From positions 3,162,001 through 3,226,000 of the forward strand of contig JBHGNT010000015.1 of the NCBI GenBank assembly GCA_043228905.1: a stretch of 64,000 nucleotides of DNA. Reading direction: 5' to 3'. Numbering within the stretch: the first letter of the stretch is position 1; each line of letters begins with the position of its first letter. The DNA is from Azolla caroliniana. Lineage: Eukaryota > Plantae > Polypodiophyta. A program made the translations under genes and the position numbers. The notes beneath the pieces are model-generated. The model worked only from the letters and a program-made list of their open reading frames with translations. It did not search any database and was not told the origin of the DNA. Shown in pieces: positions 14,625 to 26,713 of the stretch.

Positions 14625-15816
14625 CTGAAATTTTGGTTCAGTATATTTTTCGATTCATGTTCACTTGCAACCATTCCTGTGAAATTAGTTTTTCGATTCT
14701 TGCTTTTCGAACTCTCATTTTAATGTTTTTTCAATTGTTTTGGGATTTTAGTGGTTATCGATAATTAAGGAGAGTATGAAAACCCATGATCCGAGCTTCT
14801 TATGCCAAAAATGCTTAAGGAGTTTCATGCTATACATAATCACTTATACGATTGTGAAGACATTGATAGATCAGTATCTTATTCCATGTCAAGTAAAACA
14901 TTCCAATAAGATCACCACAAATATAAGACAAATCATTCTCCAGGGAAAATGTTGAATGTTTCCAGTTATTTCATCCTTCTTCCAGTATAGTGAAGTTTGC
15001 AGACAACACCAAAAACAGGAAATCACAACACAAAGCTAAGTAGGCTCTAGAAATGTCTAGGGTTCACATATCACACAGGAATCTTTTCTGTGTAATTTTG
15101 ACACAGTCAATCAATACAAGAGTTAATACACAAACAAATGATGGCATTCATTCAACAATTATTAGCAATTTATGAAGTCTTGTTCCCAAAAATGATGTAT
15201 TTTTGGATAAAGACGTTCTTTATCTCAAGCTCTATGAGGCCTTGTGTTATGCATTATCATCAATCTCCTATGAGGCTATGATACACATGAAACAATAATT
15301 AGATGATCATGAAACAATAACTGAAATTTTGGTTTAGTATATTTTTCGATTCATGTTCACTTACAACCATTCCTACGAAATTAGTTTTTCGATTCTTGCT
15401 TTTCAAACTTTCTCATATTAATGTTTTTTCAATCGTCTTGGGATTTTAGTAGTTACCGATAATTGAGATTTTGCAATTAGGAGAATATGAAAACCCATGA
15501 TTGAGTTGTTTATGCCAAAAATGTTTAAGAAGTTTCATCCTATACATAGTCACTTATACACGATTATAAAGACATCGATAGATCAATATCTTATCCCATG
15601 TCAAATAAAACATTCCAATAAGATCACCACAAATATAAGACAAATCATTCTCCAAGAAAAATGTGGAATGTTTCCAGTTATTTCATCCTTCTTCTAGTCT
15701 CGTGAAGTTTGTAGACAACTCCAAAAACAATTAATCACAACAAAGCTAAGTATGCTTTGGAAATATCTAGGGTTCACATTTCAAACTTTTGCCATTTACC
15801 ATCACACAGTAATCTT
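14625..15816 (+). repeat. Direct duplication of about 460-495 bp (14625-15085 and 15321-15816)
   Basis: Both copies begin ctgaaattttggtt.agtatatttttcgattcatgttcac and stay colinear to ctagggttcacat...atcacacag.aatctt, with scattered substitutions and small indels. Confidence 0.92.
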
Positions 15817-15899
15817 GAATAGTTTGTATTGCCGTGTTGAAGGATCTTGCATGCATTGATGCATTTGTTGACAACTTTTTAATAATGTCGAAAGTATAT

Positions 15900-18800
15900 T
15901 GCGAGAAGTAGATTAGATGGAGGGCAGAGCGGAGCAAGAGGTGAAGCGGAAACGGAGCCGGAGGAGGTTTGAACCGCACCAATGCAACGGCGGAGGTCTG
16001 CAGACGACCCACGAACATGGAAACTTCGAACATCGCCACTATCGAACACATAGGACAAACAGGCCCCTCGATCGATAACGGAAAAAATGCAAGATAAAAA
16101 CAACTCTAATAGTGGGGGTCCTGTTGAGATTATTTTCAATAACGAAGAAATGCTTCTACTTGAGCAAGAGATAGAGCGCCTTGAGCGAATTTCGGTCATA
16201 TGCCACGTGATGGGATCACACGACCAAACAAAGGATTGTTGCGAGATATGCTGCAACCTAAATTTCATTCACAAATAGGTGGTATAAAAGAAGTCCAACC
16301 GCTTGGTAAAAGTTTCTATCAAATCATACTAGAGGACAAGGATTCTGCAGCGAACCTCATAGCAATGTCTCCATGCCAGGTCCGAAACACATGGTTGTTC
16401 ATGCGTAAATGGGCACATGGTTTTAACCCAGAGAAAGCCGCGCAACATGATGATTCCATGAAAAAGGTAGCAATGTTGTTTCCGGGATTATCCTTAGAAT
16501 ACAACATGTTACTTCCTACTATTGGAAATGCATTTGGTATGATGTTGGACGAGGAACTAACGCTAGCGGACAGGCTAAAGAAATACCTAGGCCCTCCCTC
16601 CATCCACCTCTTGGTGCATGACATCAACAAACTTCCTTCCAAGATCCTCATTTCGGGGAAAAACGGAATATGGATTGAACAACACATAGAAGTGATCAGT
16701 GCACCGAGACAATGTTTTGCATTCAAAAAGCTTGGTCATTTAAAAAAGAACTGCCCCACGCGACGCATTAAGGATCCCATCAAGGAGACCCTGGAAGGTC
16801 GGGACACCATAGGGAATCAAAAGCCTCCCCCACCACGGCCCGATAAGAATGTGACGGAATGGCGAGTGGTGGGGAAATCCCATGTCCTACATAAAACTCC
16901 ACAGTCACAAAATCCTTCACCACCAGTGAGCCCCAATCGTTTTGATCTACTACAACAACTCCGCCCCCCCCACAGATGAACACTCCCCTAGTTCTTTCTT
17001 AAGCCCGAAGGAAAGGCCCAAGGTAACTCCAAACACACAAGAGAAAATCCTCATTAAAGCTTACAAAACAGGGAAGCGACGAAGGATAAGTCATGTTAAG
17101 ACCCTAATGCAGAGCTTTAACGGAACTGCACCCAATGGAGAAACAACAAACCAAGACAGTAGTTTGAATATCACGCCTCATGTCATAGCCTACCCAGACA
17201 TAAATGAGTGTGATACATCTAGCCAGGACCTTGAACCACACCTGCAAAATGCCCTGAAATGGCTAGGTATAGGGCATACGACATTGGACAAAATAAGGGT
17301 ACATGTATCGACGGTACACAAGAATGGAATACCGACGACCTCAATTTCTTTTCCACTCTTGCTTCCGCCACAAGAGGACTAGTCCAAGTCCAAGATCAAA
17401 GATACCCTATGCAGTTAAGCAACTTGTTTCGTAACAAAAATAAGAGATGAAGCCCTCATGAACGAACTAAAGAAGCATTGGAATAACACAGAATTCGGGT
17501 GTACCATGGATGAAGAGGAACCTCATCTCTGCCACATCCACCTGTGGACTATCATAGACACCCAACTAACTCCAGGCTTCTTCTATTTCTATGAGAAGCA
17601 GGAAGGGACTATTGAAGCTCACCGGATACCCCACAAACTACACTCTTGGATTTGGACCAACATTCCATCCATGGAAATGACTGGATGTCTAAATGGTGAG
17701 TGCTCCCCACTCCTGACCTGTTGTGCAAAGCACTAGGAACAACAGGCAATCGCCCACCCCATTCCATGAGTATTAAGATTGTAACATGGAACGTGCAAGG
17801 GCTTAGAAGTTGACTAGACCAGCAAAACAAATGGAACTGAGAAGGGATCTTGAGGAATATTTATTAGGGAGTGTTGTTGACATCATCATGCTGCAGGAAC
17901 ACCACCTCGATAGCACGTAGTCAAAGGAAGTCGGAGACCTTCTACTAGGATCATGGCGAACAATTTGGGAGCCATCAATAGGGGAGGATGGAAATCATGG
18001 TGGTATTTGCAATTTTATTCGGGAACATCTAGCCCAAGGCTTAATACACCAGGAATCACTTATACCTAGTAGGGCACATTTTTGAACGTTCACCATCCAA
18101 GGGCAACGCTGGAATTTCATGAATGTTTATGCTCCAAATAGCATAACAGAAAGGGAAACATTTTAAGAACGCATCTGCCTACAAGGAGCGGGTGCGGAAG
18201 AGTGGTGCATTGGAGGGGATTTTAATATGATTGAATCCATTCACGATAGCTCCAACAACAACCCCATAGTTCTACAAGGAAGGGAACGTAAACAATGGGA
18301 GAAGTTATGTGTACAACTTAACTTGCTAGACATTTGGCATTTTGACAACTTCCAACGAAAAAGGGACTCTCTCTTATTCTCCCGATCAGACGGGCGGAAT
18401 AGTGGACCTACCCTGTCTCGCATTGACCGCATTTATGTGGGTGAGGCTCTAGAAGCGAAAGGAGGGTGATGTCGCATAACTCCAGGCATGACTTTCTTTG
18501 ACCATTACCCAGTAGTCGGTCATATTCAATTGCACCAAAAATGGGGCCCATTCCAGCCTCGCATCCCGCACGCTATTTACACAGTTATAGAGGTGAAGGA
18601 ACAAATCTCCAACCAAGTCATTACCTGTCAATGACTCATCAACATCTGACAAACTTCTAGCTAAATTAACAAGAGCTTCAACTCTCCTACTTGAGATTGT
18701 CAAGACCAAAAGCAAGGATGCTCAGGAAAAGCGACAGAGGACAAAATGAGGGCTAATAGCCTTACAACGACTCTAACAGAGATACCCGTCATGTAGTTGG

Positions 18801-19930
18801 ATCGCAGGACAAGTTGCCATGGCCAAACATGAACTCAGCATGGCGGAAAATGAAATATATCACATAGAGTTTCATGGAAGCATGGCGCGATGGATTCGAG
18901 TAGGGGACAAAACCACGAAGGAATTCTTCCGCTCCAAAGGCCCAAGGCACGCTAGAACAATGATGCGCAGCCTTAACCGAGAGGATGGAACAACCACTGC
19001 GGTTGGCGATGAAATGAGGAATATTGCCACAAGTTACTATAAGCGCCTACTTACCGAATATACTATGGCCACAGGGGAAGACATAAGAGAAAATATTATC
19101 CTCCAAAGCATACCCGAGAAAGTCACGACGGAAATGAATACATGGCTCGTGCGTCCCCTATCAATCATTGAGATATGGGAGACCCTCTCTGATTTGGATG
19201 CAGATAGTTGCCCCGGAATCGACGGCCTCACCCCTCACTTTTTCACATGCCTTTGGGACACTATTAAAGATCACCACCTTTGAAAACATGCCAGAGGAAT
19301 TTGGACAGGGGATGATACATCTCATTCCTAAAACTAGTGGGAGTGCCAACGACATTAACAAGTGGCAGCCCATAACTCTTCTCAATATTGTCTATAAGTT
19401 GCTCGCAAAAATCGTGGCACGCCATTTAACACCACTTCTCCCTCAACTCATTCATCCATCCCATACACGTTTCATTAGAAATCGGAGCATCCTAGAAAAC
19501 CTCTTCTCATTTTGGGAAACAGTAGCCCTTGCCAAGTGTACCAACAACAAGGTAGCGGTGGTGCTACTAGATTTTGAGAAAGCATATGATAGGGTATGTT
19601 GGAACTTTCTAGAAAGTGTGATGGGGAAACTCGGCTTTCAAGAGACATGGATCAAAGGCATTGCAGGACTTTATAGGAACGAGAGTTGTTGCGTTTCACT
19701 GGCAGGTGAAAAGGGCCCCTTTTTCCGAATATCCTGATTTGTAAGATAGGGATGCCCACTAGCTCCATCCTTATTTCTATTATATGCCGAAGCACTCTCT
19801 TGATTTCTCAACTCGTAGCATCTCAACCTACGTGGTCTTCCCGTGCCTCATTCTCACCAAAGCATCCTAGATATAAAATTTGCAGATGACACAACGGTCT
19901 ACCTGCAAGGGGACTTGGAAAACCTGCAAA
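15900..19930 (+). mobile_element. Degenerate L1-clade LINE retrotransposon (ORF1, APE endonuclease, RT), 3'-truncated
   Basis: ORF1-like 16087-16979 (QPLGKSFYQI, WLFMRKWAHGFNP, degenerate zinc knuckle CFAFKKLGHLKKNCP). APE from 17766 (IVTWNVQGL, LQEHH, NVYAPN, GGDFNM, SRIDRIY, DHYP). RT motifs CPGIDGL, LIPK, WQPITLLNIVYKLLAK, LDFEKAYDRV, VR*GCPLAP and FADD at 19879. Multiple stops and frameshifts. Ends are approximate. Confidence 0.93.
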
Positions 19931-21346
19931 AGCCCTCTCACAATCAAAAGCCTTACTTGCCAAATTTGTGGTGCGAGGACTCCAACCAAGAAATTACTAT
20001 CGGAAAATGCTCCTGCAATTACGTTTCGCTTACTTTAGACCACAAAAAGGGGTCAATTGGGCCCCCCAAACGAGATGTCCATGATGCAAGCTGTGGGTAT
20101 GCAATATAAATAAGGAGGTTCTGAAAATACACAAGCAAAATGAATGCTTGAAATTTTGATTGTAAGAACTTTACCAAGAAAGAATCTCACTTCTTTACCC
20201 TTCTAGACATATGAGATGTGATTCGAGATCCGATAACTATGGTAACACTATGGTGTTTTAAAAACCATGGGGGAAAACATAGCTAAGTTGTCTTTCTCAG
20301 ATCTCTATCTTGAATAATCATGGTGGCACCCCGAGGCTCAACCATGGTTCCAACATCAATGTAGTTTCCTAGTTAGCCTTATATTAGAATGCCAACCCAA
20401 CATGTATTGATATGGTCGAGAAAGTGTATTACGTGAAAAAACAAGTGCACTCACAAGTAATATTCTAGTCTTGCGAGTAACAAGCAAATGTTATGATAAA
20501 AACGATAAAATAAGGCACTACCCATAAGAATCAAGTAGGGACGAAAACATGGGTAAAAAAAGGTCATGTGCTACCTACTACAAAAAATGTCACAAATAAA
20601 TGGATGGTGCGAGGTATGCACATATACATCCCAATATGGTGGTTGTAATTTGCACAATTGTGACATAAACCACAAATTGATACAAATGGTGGTGGTGTTG
20701 TGCGCAAAGATGTGGTACTCAAATTTATGAGTAAAACATCAATAGGGGAACTCATGTGTTTTTAATCGAGTTATAAGGCTCGATTACATGAGTCAAAACT
20801 AGAGAACATTTTGGAAAAAATGTTCAAAAAGCAGCATGATGCCCACTCCATATTAGAAAATAGTTTACATGAATCGTTACACCATTAAACGTATGCAAAT
20901 AGTGTAGATGAACTTAAAATAAGGGCAAAAAAGAGAGTTGATTGTGGGTGGATTTTAAATGACAATTATGAGAAAATCATCAGAAAGTGAAAAGACAATT
21001 TGTGTAATTAGAAAACAATTAGAATAATAATCAATTAGGTGTATGAACATTAAGCATGCCTTAAGGTATGAAACCCTAAGGTAGTCGACATGCACCTCCT
21101 CAAGACCATCACATCTCCCTAGAATCGGCCAAGTGATGGCTCAATAGAGATAAGAGTGGCATACTCAACATCATATGCAAAAGGGCCATGAGGTGAGCGT
21201 GTGCGATTAGGGCAAACACGCTCGACCCGATGCACAAGAATAATTATTATCGTAAGAGATGGCTCAAGAGAGGGGAGTGTGGGAGATACATTGCAATATA
21301 CAAAAAAGGGCCATGACTTGAGCGTGTGCGATTAGTGCAAACACGC

Positions 21347-22301
21347 TGTCGTGAAGATCCGTCACTACGCGCGGATCGTGAGGCGGAACCGCCGGGGTTC
21401 TGGACCAGAAGGATTTAGAGTCGATACAAGCTTTGGCGAGAAAGTACTTAAGATAGATTGGGAAAGAGAGAAGTTGAGATTACACAATTGATTCGATAAC
21501 GAATTTCTTCCTCTTAATTTTCATAAAAAAAACCGTGTCTTTTCTCCTCCCCCTTCCCTCTTTTATAGATGCTCTCATGCATATGATGCATGTGAGGGTA
21601 CAAGACATGCATAAATTGTATGTTTGCCATTTGGCGCTTATGTATTACATGTGGTGCATGATAAACATGTCACTCATTTTAGCTCTCATGTATGAGAATT
21701 TACATATAAAAGTACAATGATAGAAATATAATTTCAATTAAATAGTATGGCTTAATGGTAAGCCAATTGACTCCTAACATGGAGGTGCAAGGTTCGAATC
21801 CTTACTTGCCCTCCTTGTATATGTAAATATGTATATATATTTATATATTTATTTATCTAGTCGCCGGACGCCGGATTGCCATCGGATGCCGCCGGATCAT
21901 CGTGCCGGCTCCATCGCCAGTCCGGTTTTGGTTGGCCAAAAACCCTTTACGAGTAGCTAGGCCACCTCCACTCTTAGTTTGAACTCTCTATGCTCTACAC
22001 ATAAACACAAGGATAATATCCTTTTGCTCCACCTTATATATGATAAGAGCTGTATTTGTCATGCCTATGTGGGATATCTCACAATTTTCTCTTTTCCTTT
22101 TACAAACTTGATACCCTCATATCTTGACATTTAGTTGTCCGTTTCTCGTGTAATAAAGTGCATTCGAAACCTCCATCATTTTGTACTTAGATATTAAATC
22201 TATTTAAAATGTTATCTTCACAATTATTATACTATGTGATTCATACTCGATTTCGTACGTTTTATGGGATTTTCACACTATTGCCGAAAATCTTCACGAC
22301 A
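21347..22301. mobile_element. Solo-LTR-like insertion, 955 bp
   Basis: Ends TGTCGTGAAGAT and ATCTTCACGACA form a perfect 12-bp inverted repeat with TG...CA. Flanks ACGC/ACAC fit a 4-bp TSD with one CpG-type change. The empty site can be rebuilt from the neighbouring repeat copy. Confidence 0.8.
21742..21812 (+). other. tRNA-like/SINE-head cassette with Pol III A and B boxes; not a functional tRNA
   Basis: A box TGGCTTAATGG at 21748, B box GGTTCGAATCC at 21791. Stems GGCTT/AAGCC, CTCC/GGAG and AAGG/CCTT (TTCGAAT loop). Spacing is non-canonical, the acceptor stem is weak, and an AT-rich tail follows. Confidence 0.6.
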
Positions 22302-23548
22302 ACACTCGGCCCGATGCACAATAATAATTAAAATCGTAGCATGGTAGAAAGTAGAAAGAAAGAAAATAAAACATAATACAAATTTGATTCGACCAAGAAG
22401 AACACATCATAGAAAAGGAGAGAGAGATCGAGAAAGAAGAATACCGGGTTAAGAATGTTGTTTTAATCCGATGAAGAGCATGACGAGCTTTGTTAGATCC
22501 CCATCGGTCACACGCAAAAAACATTCAAAACAACCAAAAAAATTTTGAGTAAATGCTCTGATATTATCTTCCATTTGTGTTATGTACACAGAACGTTGGT
22601 GAGGGTAGGTCACTAATATTTACATTAGTGAAGGGTATGTTCATTAATGTTAAAAAAGGGGCTAATGTGATTGGATAAAAGGAATGATAGGTGCATGCAC
22701 TATCATGATTTGGGCAACCAATGAATGGAGACCCTTTTAGAAAGGCACATCTATTCAAGGGGCCTAGGAAAATGTATAAATATGAGGCTTAGATACCCTC
22801 ATAAGGACATTATGTCGGAAGGATGTTGTCTTAGACACCGGTGGTGCGGGTTAGGCTTTTATCTCGACGATCGTGTTTATCTCTTCCAAGGTATTATTCA
22901 TCCTAATATCCAACGGTATTGGACGTCGATGGTACGTTGTAGGTTGGCTATGTCTAGATCATAGCTCAGGGGTGCTCGGCTGGAACAAGTTCTTCTATCC
23001 AATCTATTTTCCTTCTTTTACTTTACTTTGGTCTATTGATTAGTAATAGACTCTTAACAAATTGAATAGTGAGTGCAAAAGAATCAATTGCCTGTTGCTA
23101 GTCCATGTCGCTTTAGAGCTAATCTCAAACGCGAATTCGCGATCAAAACTCTCTAAATAAAGACCTTTGCTACACGTGACAATTCAGAATGCCAACCATC
23201 ATCCATGATGGGACTTATGTATTTTCCATTCTTTATCAGCCTCAAGATGATGGTGGCCATCGAACAGAGCAAATTATGATACAAAGAGATTAGTAGACAC
23301 TTGTAAGAACGATGCCTGACCCCGTAAACGCCAATCAATCCACCATACTCTCTCTGTCTTTGTCTTTGTCTCTCGCTCTCTTTATCATGTGAAATGTAAT
23401 ATTTTTGGTCTCATAGTGTCATATTAATTTGACCTGCGAAGGCGATAATAGAATCTATCTATCTATCTACAGCATATCTTTACAATAATTTTAGAAAAAA
23501 AGAAATATCAGAAAATACATCCAAGGGCATCTTAGGAATTACTGAAAA

Positions 23549-23599
<51 letters not shown>

Positions 23600-23641
23600 G
23601 GCAGAGCAGAGCGGCAGACAGAGAGAGAGAGAGGTCGAGCC

Positions 23642-26600
23642 ATGGCGATGGCGGTCGCTGCCCTCTCTCCACACAACGTCTTCCTATCCCTCCCCAACCA
23701 CCATACCCACCACTCCTGTGATCGATCCTTCTCCTCTGCTTCTGTCTCTTCCTCCTCCTCCTCCTCCTTCCACATTGCTTCTGCACCTCGAGCTCTCTGC
23801 AGATCCGTTCCTTGTACCGACTCTGCCTCCCACGATCCTTCTCTCCTTCGACGACCCCATGAACTCAAGCTTTCTCTCAAAGAATCTCTACAAGGTATTC
23901 TTCTTCACACGATGATTAACATTTCATTCTCGATCAAAGTCACATGCCTCAACTACTTCAGAAGGATTCGCGTTTGTGTGCTTAGGAATGAGTGGCATAA
24001 GTTTTTTTTAGCAGGAAGATATGTTTCATATACTTGGGCATCACAATTATAGCAAAACTTTATACTATGTATCTACTTAGGAGTGTAAATAGATCTTTTT
24101 TTAGATGACAATACATATCTTATTTACTTGGGAATGCCAAAATCACATATCTTTGTTACAGTAACAGCATGTTTATTTATTTAGTTAGGAATGCTGAAGA
24201 AGCTGAAATGATTGATGTTACCACAGCATTTTGTGTGAAATGATAATGACTCTTCACACATCAAAGCAAAGAAAAGTCTGAGAAATTCCCACATCTTCTT
24301 TATCTTTCTCAGTTGTGTTTGAGACAAAATGGATTACTCATGACAGAAAAATATATTTTGTTCAATTTTTGCATACTGCTACTTTAGAATATAGATAGCG
24401 GCTTTTCTAAAAAAAGACATCGATATGCATGATAGGTAAGACTATTTTCAGGTAGGAAAACCATCCAGAGTTGTTATGTTCTATGAGCAAGACTCTTTTT
24501 ATTAAACTAATTGGCTTTGTAGGTTGAGCTTCCATGTACTTTTTGAAGAATGTATCTATTTGAGCTCTTGTAGGTAATTTTGCATCATTAATAAAACATG
24601 TAATGGTTTAAGGTGCGCAAAGCTTTATACAGACACCTGCTTCGTCAATCATGAGTTGCAGGTGTCACTCATGTGCCATGCATACAGGTCCCCAAACCCA
24701 AGTTCTTGGCTATGTGTATAAGATCACAAGGTAACTATGTTTTATCCTATATGCATGTCTTTAAATTTGCGCTCGCTGCTTCTTTGTGGCTATTAAGATT
24801 GTCACTTTGAGCTTTTGCAGCATATTGTTGAAAAGTCAAGCCTAACCACACCTTGTATGTGAACTCACTCTTTGGAGATTGTGCATGAAAGTCTTTGGAT
24901 ACCAGTTACTAATCAGAATAATGCCTGATTTGTTGTAACTGCTCAAATTTCTGGCTGAATGATATCATGGAACACCGATACTTTGCTTTTATCATGTAGG
25001 CAATCATTGAAACCAAAAGTCTCTCCAAATCTGTAAAGTTATTTACCTTGTGAGGACTTGATCCCTATGTTTCTACTTGTAACAAAGAGTCGGCGTTACA
25101 AGTGTATCAAATAGCCCCAGTTTAGTGGGTCTCGGAACAGAGGCATCTTGTAAGAAGAATTGAGGTCATGTGAATGGTATTCCTAGGTATGTGTAAGATT
25201 GTGTATTCGTCCTTTTTCTCTCCCAAGAAGAATTCTGGTTCACTTCTCCATTCCAATATAGCTTGAATTGTTCCCATCTGAGAATGGCCAAAGTGGACAA
25301 AAATAGAGTAATTCGAGCTGATACATCAAATTGGATAACGGAAGAACATGGATTGTGTCATCAGAAAGTGAAATTCAAGGAGCATTATGTTTGCCATGGA
25401 ACAATTATTTACAAACTAAGATGTGATACCATTGCCTCTTTATCTAAGGCTTTGGTTGAGTGTGCAAGGTAATGGAATATGAAGACCCATGGTGCTTGAG
25501 ACAGTTCTTGCTAAAAATAAATATACATGGCAACAATTGCTTACGAAATAAGAGGTAGATACCATTGCCTCTTTATCTAAGGATTTGGCAGACTGTGCAA
25601 GATGATGGAATATGAGGACCCACGGTGCTTGAGGCTGTTCTTGCTGAACCTAAAGATACACGGGGAGAAGCTGTTGAAGAACAACAATAGAACCACACAA
25701 ACTCATCTCCATTTTCTTTAGCCCCAACACTCTTACGCAAGTGGACTTCCGACCAAGACATTGCAAAGGGGTTACAATTGATCAGATAATAGCAAGTTTT
25801 TTGAGCATGTAGCCTTGGCCCAGTGGGGCATGATCTTGATGTCATCTAGATAGATATCAAGAAAATACGCAGAAAGTCTCAAAAATTGCATTTTCCATAT
25901 GTTGAAATACTGCTGGCACATTTGTGAGACCAAATGGCATTACTGTGCACTCGAAATGACCATATATCCACCCTTGTCATTGACAAATAAACGCCATTAT
26001 CTCCCATCATTGTAGCTTCCCTTGCTATGGAGATCTCTTCATTTTGGATCACCCATATTGGACACTTTTCGAGGATAAAAAGTACAATCTATCTGAATTG
26101 AGAATCTTATATCTATAGATAGTGTGATTCTTTTGTCACGTTCATTCTCATTTACTTTTTATGTGGTTACATTTATTTTGGTTTCTTGCTCTCAAAGATG
26201 AGGCAATATTTTAAGATATTATCCCTTATTTGGTTTGATATGCCATTTTGGCCTTTTAAAAGATGTTAATATATCTTCTTCTTCTTTTCATAAAGAATAA
26301 TGTAGCATACAAATAAACTAGCATACAAATAAAGCACCCAAAATATGACCCTGCCAAGATTGTAACACCTAAAAAAGTATGTGGTCAAGGGGCCTATATG
26401 ACATATATGATGGGCAACCAAGTTACACAATTATAATTCCTCTTCATTCGACATACGTGAGTTTTCCAACAAATAACTGCCAAACCAACCATTACTCCAG
26501 CCTTAGAATGTGCTTATAGGTTCCGAATTGTCTACCAAATACAAACTCATTCCTCACTAAAGACCCATTGTAAAGGTCTTTAGAAACACCAGTCAAAGAA

Positions 26601-26667
26601 AACCACACTGCATTTATAAACGTCCAAATATATGTTGCCGTTGGACACGATAAAAGTCAAAGTCAGA

Positions 26668-26713
<46 letters not shown>

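Larger units (their letters stand above)
21135..22337 (+). repeat. Two copies of a ~125-bp unit with a GAGCGTGT...ACACGCTC hairpin; the second copy is split by the 955-bp insertion
   Basis: gatggctcaa...aagggccatga..tgagcgtgtgcgattag.gcaaacacgctcg.cccgatgcacaa.aataatta at 21135-21258. The second copy runs 21259-21346 and resumes at 22306. Confidence 0.8.

Noticed and set aside
21742-21812. Functional tRNA gene
   Set aside because: No 7-bp acceptor stem, a 6-nt anticodon loop, wrong spacing after the D arm, and it sits inside a mobile element.
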